From a bacterium (lineage in GTDB: Bacteria; Krumholzibacteriota; Krumholzibacteriia; LZORAL124-64-63), in the NCBI GenBank assembly GCA_031441465.1, contig JANOEP010000035.1, forward strand, positions 12,785-76,784: DNA of 64,000 nt, in the 5' to 3' direction. Both the position numbers and the translations under genes were made by a program. The notes under the pieces are model-generated. The model searched no databases. It was given only the letters and a program-made list of their open reading frames with translations, and was not told the DNA's origin. The stretch's first letter is position 1; each line of letters opens with the position of its first letter. This document shows positions 27,284 through 38,046 of this stretch, piece after piece.

Positions 27284-28606
27284 CTAGAAGCGGTAGCCGA
27301 CGCCGACGCCGAAGATGTGGGCGTAGGAGTCGTAGCTGCCGGCGGGGTTGAATTCGGTCTCGAACGACTGCTGCACGCCGCCTTCGACGTTGCTGCGCTC
27401 GTCGAAGTTCACGCCCATGTAGGTGCCGGTCAGCGTGATGCGCTCGGTGGCGCGCAGCTGCAGGCCGGCGGAGTAGTCGTTGCGGTTGGCGTCGGGCAGC
27501 AGCGGGCTGATCGAGCCCACCGGCTGCGGGCTCTCGTCGCGCACGTAGCCGGCCATGGCCAGCAGCTTCGGCGTGACCTGGTACTGGGCGCCGAAGCGCA
27601 GCTGCAGGACGTCCTTGTAGTCCTCGCGGATCGTCTGGTCGAGCGGGTTGGTCTCAAAGTCCAGGACCAGGGCGTCGAAGTAGCTCCAGCCGAAGTGGAC
27701 GGCGTCGAACTCGAGGCGGGCCTTCTCGGTGACCTGGCAGGCCACGCCCACCGCCAGCATGTGCGGCAGCTTCAGGTCGGTGACGCCGTCGTGCTTCGCC
27801 CCGCCCAGCGCCGCGATCTGGGCGTCGATGGTGGCGGTGAGTGCGGCGGGCGCAACATTGGTCAGGGTCAGCTCGCCGTTGCGGACTTCCATCTTCTTCT
27901 GATGGTGGTACATCACGCCGAAGGTGACCTTGGGGCTGGCCTTGACCATCAGGCCCATCATGGGCGTCACGTTGATCCGGCTGGTGCCCTCGATCTTCGC
28001 GTCCAGCACGTCGACGTAGGGGTCGGCCGTGGGGTCGGTGCCGAAATGGACCGCCGAACGCTTGTTCAGCTGGATTTCGGTGTGCGCGATGTCCAGGCCG
28101 AACGCGATGCCGACCGTCTCCTCGACCTTCCAGCTCAGCACCGGGGTGACGTAGACGGTCGCGAGGTCGACGTCGTAGCTCGTGCGCCGCCCGACCCACG
28201 CCTCGGGATCCGCCCACTCGACGCCCAGGCCGAAGGGCGCGGACAGGCCGACGCCGTAGGTCAGGTCGCCCACGTTGCGGTACCAGTAGGCCCCCGGGAT
28301 GGGGAAGGACTGGTCGACCGTCTTGCCGGTGGCGTGGCTGCCGTCGGGGCGGATTGCGCCGGTGAATTCCGACGACGGGATGACCGGCATGAGGTTGAGG
28401 TCCACGGCCATCCCGTCCAGGAAGGCCAGGCCCGCGGGGTTGTAGAAGATGGCCGAGCCGTCGTCCGCCGTGGCGGTGAACGCGCCGCCCAGGGCGGTGG
28501 CCCGGGCGCCGGCCTCGTAGATGTTGAAGCCGCCTGCCGCGGCCGTGCCGGCCAGCAGCAGGGTCGCCGCGCCGGCGAGCAGGATCGCCGCTCGGGTCCT
28601 TGTCAT
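27284..28606 (-). CDS. fadL: OmpP1/FadL family outer-membrane long-chain fatty-acid/hydrophobic compound transporter
   Basis: Mature N-terminus GGFNIYEAG..ALGGA, YNPAGLA, APFGL, LLPDANR, terminal YRF. ATG after GAAGGAGG. Confidence 0.88.
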   Translation of the reverse strand: MTRTRAAILLAGAATLLLAGTAAAGGFNIYEAGARATALGGAFTATADDGSAIFYNPAGLAFLDGMAVDLNLMPVIPSSEFTGAIRPDGSHATGKTVDQSFPIPGAYWYRNVGDLTYGVGLSAPFGLGVEWADPEAWVGRRTSYDVDLATVYVTPVLSWKVEETVGIAFGLDIAHTEIQLNKRSAVHFGTDPTADPYVDVLDAKIEGTSRINVTPMMGLMVKASPKVTFGVMYHHQKKMEVRNGELTLTNVAPAALTATIDAQIAALGGAKHDGVTDLKLPHMLAVGVACQVTEKARLEFDAVHFGWSYFDALVLDFETNPLDQTIREDYKDVLQLRFGAQYQVTPKLLAMAGYVRDESPQPVGSISPLLPDANRNDYSAGLQLRATERITLTGTYMGVNFDERSNVEGGVQQSFETEFNPAGSYDSYAHIFGVGVGYRF

Positions 28607-28909
28607 CGCGCCTCCTTCATGTGCAGGGGGGGCGCCTCGCGCCCCGGTTGACGGGCGTCCGCGACGCCACGCTGACACTCGGCATGGGGATGCAACCTAC
28701 CACACGTTTGCGCAGCATTGAAATCGTGTTTTCCAGTGCCGACGCAATGTCCGGATCTCGATGAGTAATTGTTATCTTATGATAAAAGTGATACTAGCCA
28801 TGAAATTGTCGCTGCCTCATCTCCCTGCTGTTCTTTAACTTGGGTCTGCACAACGAGCGGTGACAGGGGTGTCTTGAAGGCCCTGTAGCCAGGATGGCGG
28901 AAGGGCCGG

Positions 28910-28948
28910 AAAGCCAAGCGCTCCGGGCACACGATGTGCCCGGAGCGC
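28910..28948 (-). terminator. Terminator hairpin after ccsA
   Basis: 14-bp perfect stem GCGCTCCGGGCACA / TGTGCCCGGAGCGC (28918-28948), followed on the minus strand by TTGGCTTT. Confidence 0.7.
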
Positions 28949-28971
28949 GTCCCCTGTCACCGCTCGTTGTG

Positions 28972-30723
28972 CTACTCCCAGCGACGGAAACGGTCGCTCA
29001 AGTAAGAGGCCACGATCAGGACCAGCATCAGCAGGGTCCCGATGTAGACCCAGTTCGGCACCGCGATGGCGTCGCCCTGCGCGTAGCTGTGCAGCCCCGA
29101 CAGGAAGTAGTTCACGCCGAAGTAGGTCATCACCACCGAGGCGATCCCCGCGAAGCCGCCGGTGGCCAGCACCCAGGGCCGGTTCATGGCCGGGATCCAG
29201 CGGAAGTGCAGCACCGTGGCGTAGACCAGGATCGTCACCAACGACCAGGTCTCCTTCGGGTCCCAGCCCCAGTAGCGGCCCCAGGACTCGTTGGCCCAGA
29301 CGCCGCCCAGCAGCGTGCCGATGCTCAGCAGGCCCACGCCGGTCACCAGCACGCGGAACAGCAGGCGGTCCAGCTTGAGGATGGCCTCGCGCACGTGCGG
29401 GCGGCGCGGGCTCTTCTGCAGGAACAGGATCAGGTTCAGGCCGCCCAGCAGCGAACCAAGTCCCAGGAAGCCGTAGCTGCCGGTGATGATCGTGACGTGG
29501 ATGTTCAGCCAGTAGGAGGCGAGCACCGGCACCAGCGGCCCGATGGCCGGGTCGAAGGTCGAGAGCATGGCCACCGCGAGGATCACCATGGTCAGCAGCG
29601 CGGAGATGCCCGCCGACGAGCCGCGCCGGTCGCGCAGTTCGAAGATCAGGCCGGCGATCGCGGTCGCCAGCGCAATGAAGATGAGCGACTCGTAGCCGTT
29701 GCTCAGGGGCGCGCGGCCCGAGGCGACCCAGCGCAGGACGTAAGCCGCGAAATGGAAGAGCAGCGAGCCCACGAACAGCGCCATGCCCACCAGGTAGAGG
29801 GGGTGGCGAAGGGGGTAGGGCTCGCCGCCGCGTCGCGCCAGGCTCCAGAAGAACGCGAACAGCAGCAAGACGAAGGCTGCCAGGTAGGGCATCGTCACGT
29901 TGCGGAAGGGGTGGGCCTTGTTCAGCCACAGTTCCGCCTTCAACGCGCCGTCGCTCGGCAGCACGGCGGCCCCGAACTGGTGCTGCAGCGCGGAGGTCGC
30001 CTCCAGCCCGGCGCGGATGCGCTGCTGGTCGCCGGACCGCAGGCCCGACAGCAGGCGGTCCATGGCATCGCGGCTGCGGTCGGCCCACTCGGATCCCGGC
30101 TGCTCGAGCAGCCCGTTGAAATCGGTCCAGGTGTGGGCCGGATCGCCGGCGACGGGGTAGAGGCGCAGGCTGCCGCCGTTGAGCACGTCCCAGAAGATGT
30201 TGAAGCGCTCGTCGAACAGCAGCAGCTGGCGCTGCAGCTTGGTGCGATCGCGATCCGGTGTGCGCAGGGCCTCGCGCACCGGTTCGGCCAGGACGTACTG
30301 GTTGCCGTTCAGCAGGCTGCTGGCGCTGACCCAGCGCGTCTCCGCCGAGACGCCCAGCAGCTTCTTCAGCCCGGGGAAGCGCACGGCCAGCACGGGGTAG
30401 TCGAACCAGAACTCGGGATTGGTCAGCCAGGACATGTAGAGGTCCATGGGCTCCCAACCCTCGAAGCTCTCCCGCTTGGTGATCTTCATCGAGATTTCGC
30501 GGGCCTGGGTGTCCAGGGGCTTCATGCGCCCGCGGAAGTCCTGCATGGCCAGCGACTCGCACAGGGCGCGGTTGTCGTCGCCGAGGAAGTTCAGCTGCGG
30601 CGGCCCGGCCGGGGCGTGGTCGTGCTCGTGCTCGTGGTCGTGTTCTTGTGTCTGGCCGACGGCGGGAACCGCCCAGGCCAGGGCGAGCAGGGCGGCGAAC
30701 AGGGCGAGGTGACGCCGGGTCAT
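28972..30723 (-). CDS. ccsA: System II cytochrome c biogenesis protein CcsA/ResC with N-terminal periplasmic domain
   Basis: WWD motif GGVWANESWGRYWGWDPKETW, LNIHV His, GVNYFLSGLHSY; signal peptide and QDFRGRMKPLDT periplasmic domain. Confidence 0.93.
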   Translation of the reverse strand: MTRRHLALFAALLALAWAVPAVGQTQEHDHEHEHDHAPAGPPQLNFLGDDNRALCESLAMQDFRGRMKPLDTQAREISMKITKRESFEGWEPMDLYMSWLTNPEFWFDYPVLAVRFPGLKKLLGVSAETRWVSASSLLNGNQYVLAEPVREALRTPDRDRTKLQRQLLLFDERFNIFWDVLNGGSLRLYPVAGDPAHTWTDFNGLLEQPGSEWADRSRDAMDRLLSGLRSGDQQRIRAGLEATSALQHQFGAAVLPSDGALKAELWLNKAHPFRNVTMPYLAAFVLLLFAFFWSLARRGGEPYPLRHPLYLVGMALFVGSLLFHFAAYVLRWVASGRAPLSNGYESLIFIALATAIAGLIFELRDRRGSSAGISALLTMVILAVAMLSTFDPAIGPLVPVLASYWLNIHVTIITGSYGFLGLGSLLGGLNLILFLQKSPRRPHVREAILKLDRLLFRVLVTGVGLLSIGTLLGGVWANESWGRYWGWDPKETWSLVTILVYATVLHFRWIPAMNRPWVLATGGFAGIASVVMTYFGVNYFLSGLHSYAQGDAIAVPNWVYIGTLLMLVLIVASYLSDRFRRWE

Positions 30724-32450
30724 CGCGTCCTCCTGGTGTCGTCGGCTTCGGTTTTCACGGGCCAGATGAGGTCCCGGGCGAAGATCAGCACGAATCCCAG
30801 CGAGATCAGGATGTAGCCGAGGTAGGTCGGCCACTTGCCGGGGTCGTAGTTCACCGACAGCACGGTGCCCTTCTCGTCCGTGTCGTACGAGGACTGGAAG
30901 TGCTTGCGGCCGCGGTGGGTCAGGGGGTGGTTCATGTAGATGCGCACCGGGCGGCCGCTGATCCCCTGCTCCTGGTCGATGAGCCGCACGTGGCTCTCGT
31001 AGCTGGCGGGGTTGCGGCTGCCGGGGTAGTTCACCAGCAGGAAGTCGTCGAGGTGCAGGCTGTAGGGCAGGGGCAGCTTGATCGAGCCCAGCACGACGCG
31101 CGCCGCCCGGCCGCCCAGATCGATCTGCTCGCCGCGGCCGTCGTCCTTGAACACCACGGTCTCGGTGGCGACGCCCTGGGGACCGGAGACTGCGATGCGC
31201 GCGGCTGCGGGATCGTGCTCGTCCTCGCTCGGGGCCGGCTTCAACTGGATGTGGGGGAGGTTCTGCTGGATCACGAACTGGAAGCCGTCGTCCACGATGC
31301 GGTAGAGCACGAGTTCCTCGACCGGGAAGGCCTCCCCGGCGGGCAACTCGGCCTCGATCTCGCCGCTGGCCATGTCCATCCTCTGCATGGGCAGCGACGC
31401 GCGCGCGGTGACGGCGCCATCGGCGGCGCGGGCGAAGGTCAGCCCGCGGTCGAAGGCGTAGAGCAGGTCCAACTCGGGGAAGGCGTCCTTGCCGCCGTCA
31501 TCGCCCATGGCGAAGTCCGGGTGCAGGGCGAACAGCAGGCGCTCGCCCGCGCGGCCCTGGGGGTCGGTGATCGCGACGCGGATCACGGGGTTGGTCATGG
31601 CGCCCTGGAAGTTCGTCCCCCCGCCCACCTGGAACTCGGACTGGAACTCGGTGATCGTGAAGCGCCAGCCGGCGTGGGTGAACGCGGCCGGCAGCGTGTC
31701 GGGAACGTCGAAGTCGGCGCTGCCGCCGCCGGCCCGCACGCGCAGGCGGCCCCAGCGGGTGTCGCCGCCGTCGCCGGACCCGAACGCGCCTTCGACCAGG
31801 CGCAGGGTGATGCCGCGGACCGGCTGCGGTTCGCCCGCCACGAGGACCAGCGCCTCGGGTCCCGTCTCGCCCACGGTCGTCAGCTTGAGTGCGGCGGGCC
31901 CGCTGTCGGCGGACTGGTAGGTGAGGGCGTAGTGGGGCCAGTACTCCAGGACCGAGAGGCGGTACTTCTGGCCGCCGAGCTTGACCGTGTGCGCGATGCT
32001 CTGCTTGCCGGGCGCGTACATCTGGACCGGGAACGACGCCGTTTCGCCGCCGCTCTCGAGCTGCAGGTGCGTCTCGCGCGACCAGACGAAGTCGGTCGCG
32101 GTGCCCTCGCGGATCGGCATGATGCCCTCGTGCCCGAAATACCGGGTGATGCCCGCGCTGATCAGGATCCAGATCATCGCGACGTGCACGAGCACGAAGC
32201 CGGTCTGGCGCGGCCGGTAAGGCAGGTTCTTGAACAGCAGCAGCAGCAGGTTCAGGCAGAGCAGGGCGAGCACCAGCTCGAACCAGCGGGTGCCGTAGAC
32301 CATGTCCCGGGCGCCGATGGCTCCGTAGCTGGATTCCAGGAAGGTCGCCTTGCCGATGGCCACGGCGAAGATCACCAGCAGCGCGATGCTCAGCTTGAGC
32401 GAGGTCAGCGCGCGGATGAGCGGGAACTGGAAAAAGCGGGTCACGGTCAC
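30720..32450 (-). CDS. ccsB: System II cytochrome c biogenesis protein CcsB/ResB
   Basis: ATFLES.YG, WFEL, LVHVAMIWILISAGITRYFGHEG, YPGS..PASYES, IYMNHPL, FQSSYD, DPGKWPTYLGY. Start (GTG 32444 or 32450) uncertain. Confidence 0.9.
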   Translation of the reverse strand: MTVTRFFQFPLIRALTSLKLSIALLVIFAVAIGKATFLESSYGAIGARDMVYGTRWFELVLALLCLNLLLLLFKNLPYRPRQTGFVLVHVAMIWILISAGITRYFGHEGIMPIREGTATDFVWSRETHLQLESGGETASFPVQMYAPGKQSIAHTVKLGGQKYRLSVLEYWPHYALTYQSADSGPAALKLTTVGETGPEALVLVAGEPQPVRGITLRLVEGAFGSGDGGDTRWGRLRVRAGGGSADFDVPDTLPAAFTHAGWRFTITEFQSEFQVGGGTNFQGAMTNPVIRVAITDPQGRAGERLLFALHPDFAMGDDGGKDAFPELDLLYAFDRGLTFARAADGAVTARASLPMQRMDMASGEIEAELPAGEAFPVEELVLYRIVDDGFQFVIQQNLPHIQLKPAPSEDEHDPAAARIAVSGPQGVATETVVFKDDGRGEQIDLGGRAARVVLGSIKLPLPYSLHLDDFLLVNYPGSRNPASYESHVRLIDQEQGISGRPVRIYMNHPLTHRGRKHFQSSYDTDEKGTVLSVNYDPGKWPTYLGYILISLGFVLIFARDLIWPVKTEADDTRRTR

Positions 32451-32571
32451 CGTCCGGGTTGGAGGGTGCGGCCGACGCGGCCGCCGTGAAGGCGCGAACG
32501 AAAAGACCAGGCCGTGAACAGAAAGACCGGAGCGCGAACGAACGTTCCGGTGCCGTCGGGCGGCGTCGGAC

Positions 32572-32600
32572 ATGATAACTGCCGTTGGGACCGGGAACAA
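32572..32600 (-). promoter_or_regulatory. Putative sigma70 promoter for ccsBA
   Basis: Minus strand TTGTTC-N17-TATCAT. Confidence 0.45.
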
Positions 32601-32633
32601 GCAACACCAAGGGGATCAGTCGGGTTTCCTGCC

Positions 32634-32664
32634 TTGACCGTCGATCTCTAAATGATTATCAATT
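32634..32664 (+). promoter_or_regulatory. Putative rrf2 promoter overlapped by a Fur-box-like site
   Basis: TTGACC (32634) -N17- TATCAA; overlapping AATGATTATCAATT reads AATTGATAATCATT on the minus strand. Confidence 0.5.
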
Positions 32665-32696
32665 GGTATGGAATACGCCCGCACCGGAGGTCGACC

Positions 32697-33137
32697 GTGT
32701 TCAAACTCGAAACCCGCTACGCGCTGCACGCCGCCGTCGTCCTCGCCGAACACGACACCCTGGTGCCCAACGCCAAGCTCGCCGAGCGCCTCGGCGTGTC
32801 CCTGCCGATGGTGGCCAAGATCATGAACCGCCTCGTCCAGGCGGACGTCGCGGTGAGCCGTCCCGGTCCCGGCGGCGGTTACGCGCTGGCCCGCCCGGCC
32901 GGGCAGATCCGCCTGGTCGAGGTTGTCGCCCCCACCGAAGGCTCCGCTTGGGGCCATACCTGCCTGCTCGGCTTGGCGGCCTGCGACGACGCCAACCCCT
33001 GCGCCCTGCACGGGGCCTGGGGCCGGCTGCGCGACCATATCCAGATCATGCTGCGCGAGCGCACGGTGGCCGAGATGGCCGCCGGTGTCGTGGACCTCGA
33101 CCTGAAGGTGGTGCCGGGCGATGCTTCCCCGACTTGA
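32697..33137 (+). CDS. Rrf2 family transcriptional regulator (3 Cys, Fe-S binding)
   Basis: TRYAL, wHTH, GPGGGYALAR, CLLGLAACDDANPCALH. GTG after GGAGG. Confidence 0.92.
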   Translation: MFKLETRYALHAAVVLAEHDTLVPNAKLAERLGVSLPMVAKIMNRLVQADVAVSRPGPGGGYALARPAGQIRLVEVVAPTEGSAWGHTCLLGLAACDDANPCALHGAWGRLRDHIQIMLRERTVAEMAAGVVDLDLKVVPGDASPT

Positions 33138-33174
33138 GGGCGATCCCGCCGTCGCGCGCCGCGCGCGCTCCCGG

Positions 33175-34221
33175 ATGGTGCTGCGCGGCCGGTCGCGCCG
33201 CCCCTACCTGCCGCGCACCGGCGTGCAGCTGCTGACCCTGCTGGTGATCGTCGTCATCGGCGCGCAGTTCGCGCACTGGGTCGCGAACCTCGAAGCGGGC
33301 CGGATCGCCGGCGTGCGGCCGCCCGGCGTCGAGGGTTTCCTGCCCATCTCGGCCCTGCTGAGCCTGCGCCAGTGGCTCTCGGGCGGCGGCTTCTCCATGG
33401 TCCACCCCGCGGGGCTGGTGCTGCTCGGCCTGATCTGCCTGTCGGCGCTCCTGCTGAAGAAGTCCTTCTGCTCCTGGCTGTGCCCCGTGGGCACGATCAG
33501 CGAGGCCCTGGCGCGCATCTCCCACCTCGTCCTGCGGCGGCGGGTCAAGCTGCCGCGCCGGCTGGACCTGGGCTTGATGGGCCTCAAGTACGTCCTGATC
33601 GCGTACTTCCTGTTCGCCGTGTTCCTGCAGATGACGCTGGCGTCGGTGGCGCTGTTCATCGACTCGCCCTACAACCGGATCGCCGACATCAAGATGCTGC
33701 ACTTCTTCACGCGGATGTCGCCGGTCACCGTCCGGGTGCTCGGCGCGCTGGTCCTGCTGTCGGTCGTGGTGCCGTACTTCTGGTGCCGGTACCTCTGCCC
33801 CTACGGGGCGCTGCTCGGCGTGCTGTCCCGGTTCTCGCCGCTGAAGGTCGTGCGCTCGGCGCCGGACTGCACCAACTGCGGGCGGTGCGCCGCCGTCTGC
33901 CCCTCCTACCTCGCGGTGGACCTCGGCCGCACGGTCACCTCGCCCGAGTGCACCGGCTGCCTCGATTGCGTGACCAGCTGCCCCGCGCCCGGCGCGCTGG
34001 AAGTGCGGGGACCGGCCCCGTGGCGTCGCCGGGTGCGACCCGCGGTCTTCGCCGCGGCGGTCCTGCTGGTGTTCTTCGGGGGGATCGGCGCGGCGAAGCT
34101 GGCCGGACGCTGGCGCTCGGACATCACCGACCAGGAGTACCTGCGCAGGGTGCAGGAGATCGACTCGCCCAAGTACCATCACGCCCGCGGCCAGGTGCCC
34201 GCCTACGGGGTCGAGGACTGA
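33175..34221 (+). CDS. Membrane 4Fe-4S protein (NapH/MauN/YccM-like)
   Basis: FCSWLCPVG, WCRYLCPYG, CTNCGRCAAVCP, CTGCLDCVTSCP, several TMs. Start could be 33121. Confidence 0.88.
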   Translation: MVLRGRSRRPYLPRTGVQLLTLLVIVVIGAQFAHWVANLEAGRIAGVRPPGVEGFLPISALLSLRQWLSGGGFSMVHPAGLVLLGLICLSALLLKKSFCSWLCPVGTISEALARISHLVLRRRVKLPRRLDLGLMGLKYVLIAYFLFAVFLQMTLASVALFIDSPYNRIADIKMLHFFTRMSPVTVRVLGALVLLSVVVPYFWCRYLCPYGALLGVLSRFSPLKVVRSAPDCTNCGRCAAVCPSYLAVDLGRTVTSPECTGCLDCVTSCPAPGALEVRGPAPWRRRVRPAVFAAAVLLVFFGGIGAAKLAGRWRSDITDQEYLRRVQEIDSPKYHHARGQVPAYGVED

Positions 34222-35031
34222 CTACCAGTACTTCTCGACGAAGATGCTGCCGGGCTGTTTGCGGGTGTGCTCGCGGAATCCCTTCTCCGCCAACATCTCC
34301 AGCATGCGCATGATCATGTCAGGGTTGCCGCACAGGAACACGCTGACCCTCGCCGGGTCCAGCGGCGCGCCGAGGATCATCTCGGCCGTGTCGTCCTCGA
34401 AGAAGGCGGTCACGCGGCCGGTCATGCCGGCCCACTCGTCGGTCTCGTCGTCGGGATTGCTGAGCGCCGGCACGTAGGTGAAGTTGTCGTGGTGGGAGGC
34501 GAGGGATTCCATGTCGCCGCGGTAGCCCAGGTCCCAGCTGTGGCGCGCGCCGTGGAAGACGACGGTGCGGTGGCCGGCGTGGAAGGCGTAGTTCGAACGC
34601 AGCATCGAGACGTAGGGCGCCAGGCCGGTGCCCGTCGCGACGAAGATCACGTCGTTGCCGGCCGGCACGTCGGACAGCGTGAACATCCCCACGATGCGGT
34701 CGCCCACGAACACCCGGTCGCCCTCCTGCAGCGCGTAGAGGCGCGGCGTCAGGGCGCCGCCGGAGACGAAGGCGACGTAGAACTCCAGGAAATCCTTCTC
34801 GACGCTGCCCGAGGCGATGGAATAGGCGCGACGGATCAGCTTGTCCGGATCGGCCGGCGGGTCCTCGGGATCGGCGAACGGGACGCGCGGCGCGGAGCCC
34901 GGCAGGCCGAGCACGGCGTACTGGCCCGCCTTGAAGTCCGGCACGCCGGCGTCGGGCCGCACGCGGATGATGAACAGGCCGTGGGTGACCTCGCTGCGTT
35001 GGATCACGGTCGCATTGACGACGAGCGGCAT
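34222..35031 (-). CDS. fpr: Ferredoxin--NADP(+) reductase (bacterial type)
   Basis: FKAGQY, RAYSIAS, GALTPRL, ATGTGLAPY, LCGNPDMI, terminal EKYW. Confidence 0.93.
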   Translation of the reverse strand: MPLVVNATVIQRSEVTHGLFIIRVRPDAGVPDFKAGQYAVLGLPGSAPRVPFADPEDPPADPDKLIRRAYSIASGSVEKDFLEFYVAFVSGGALTPRLYALQEGDRVFVGDRIVGMFTLSDVPAGNDVIFVATGTGLAPYVSMLRSNYAFHAGHRTVVFHGARHSWDLGYRGDMESLASHHDNFTYVPALSNPDDETDEWAGMTGRVTAFFEDDTAEMILGAPLDPARVSVFLCGNPDMIMRMLEMLAEKGFREHTRKQPGSIFVEKYW

Positions 35032-35203
35032 GTCGACTCCTGCTGGCTTCGGGACGGCCGAGGCGGACCAGCGCCGCGGTGGCGCCGCTCCATGATAGGG
35101 ACTTTGCCTCTCCAGGCAAGCCGGACCTCCCGGCTTCTCGCCGCGACTTCGGCTTGGGGACCCGCCCGCACCGGCAGGGTCGTGCACGGATTCCTTCTCC
35201 CAT

Positions 35204-35235
35204 AATCTTGACAAAAAGAGATTTGTATTTAGGCT
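35204..35235 (+). promoter_or_regulatory. suf operon promoter with overlapping inverted repeat (candidate Rrf2 operator)
   Basis: TTGACA (35208) -N16- TAGGCT; AATCT-N10-AGATT (35204-35223) brackets the -35. Confidence 0.55.
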
Positions 35236-35279
35236 GTGGGGGCGCGAACCGGTACCACTCACGGAAAGTGCTGTCAGTC

Positions 35280-35807
35280 ATGAAGATATCAAAAGCGGAA
35301 GACCAGTCCTTGCGCCTGGTGACCTGCTTGGCCCGCGCCGACGGGCAGCTGACCCTGGCCGACCTCGCGGCGCGGGAGCACCTGCCGGAGCCGACGGTCG
35401 CCAAGCTGTTGGCCCGCCTGCGGCGGGGCGACGTGGTCGTGGCCGCCCGCGGCCGGCACGGCGGCTACGATCTGGCGCGTCCCGCGGCGCAGATCAGCGT
35501 GGCGGCCGTGCTGAAGGCGCTCGGGCGCCCGTTGCTGGACGGCGGCGCCTGCACGCCGGCCCGGCCGAACGACCCCCGTTGCCCCCACCTCGGGGACTGC
35601 GGCGTGCGCTCGGTGTGGCGGCATCTCGAGGCGAGGGTCTCGCACGTGTTGGAAGAAACCAGTATGGCGGATCTGTGCCGCACGGAGCAGCAGGTGACCC
35701 GCCAGATGACGACGCTGTGGCCGGAAATATCGGAACACCCGGACGCCGGGCGCGGGGTCGGATCCCCGCTGCCGGCGCTGGCCGCCTGCGCGGCCGAGAG
35801 GAGCTGA
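35280..35807 (+). CDS. Rrf2 family regulator heading the suf operon
   Basis: wHTH, RGRHGGYDLAR, C..CPHLGDC..W; first gene of the suf operon. Confidence 0.9.
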   Translation: MKISKAEDQSLRLVTCLARADGQLTLADLAAREHLPEPTVAKLLARLRRGDVVVAARGRHGGYDLARPAAQISVAAVLKALGRPLLDGGACTPARPNDPRCPHLGDCGVRSVWRHLEARVSHVLEETSMADLCRTEQQVTRQMTTLWPEISEHPDAGRGVGSPLPALAACAAERS

Positions 35808-35812
35808 CGACG

Positions 35813-36621
35813 ATGAATAGCAACGGCGACGCGGTCTTTTCCTGCCGCGACCTGCGGGTCTTCGTGGGGGACAAGGAGATCGTCAAGGGCGTGGACCTCG
35901 AGGTCCGCGCCGGCGAGAAGCACGCCCTGATGGGACCGAACGGTTCGGGCAAGTCCACCCTGGCGTGCGCGCTGATGGGGCACCCCAGCTACCGCGTCGA
36001 GGGGGAGATCCGCCTGGGCGGCGAGCGGATCGACCACCTGCCCCCGCACGAGCGGGCCCGCCGCGGCATGTTCCTGGGCTTCCAGTACCCCGTCGCGGTG
36101 CCCGGGGTCTCGGTGGCGAACTTCCTGCGCGCGGCCGTCTCGGCCCGCCGGGGCGCCGACGTGCCCGTGCGCGAGTTCCGCCAGCAGATGCAGGCGGCCT
36201 TCGCCGAACTGCAGGTGCCGAAGGACTTCATGTCCCGCTACCTGAACGACGGCTTCAGCGGCGGCGAGAAGAAGCGGCTGGAGATCCTGCAGATGCTGAT
36301 GCTGGAGCCGACCTTCGCGCTGCTGGACGAGACCGACTCGGGCCTGGACATCGACGCCCTGAAGGTCGTCGCCGAGGGCGTCAACAAGGCGGCCGGCCCC
36401 GCGACCGGCGTGCTGATGGTCACGCACTACCAGCGCATCCTGAACTACATGAAGCCCGACCGGGTGCACGTCTTCATGGACGGGCGCATCGTGCGCGTCG
36501 GCGGCCCGGAACTGGCCCACGAACTCGAGGCCCGCGGCTACGACTGGATCGCCAAAGAGGTCGGCCTGGAACCCGAAGTCGGCCTCGCGCCCGAAGCCGG
36601 CGTCGCCGAAGGGAGCCGCAC

Positions 36622-36625
<4 letters not shown>
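35813..36625 (+). CDS. sufC: Fe-S assembly ATPase SufC
   Basis: [43 protein letters not shown]. Confidence 0.96.
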
Positions 36626-38038
<1,413 letters not shown>

Positions 38039-38046
<8 letters not shown>

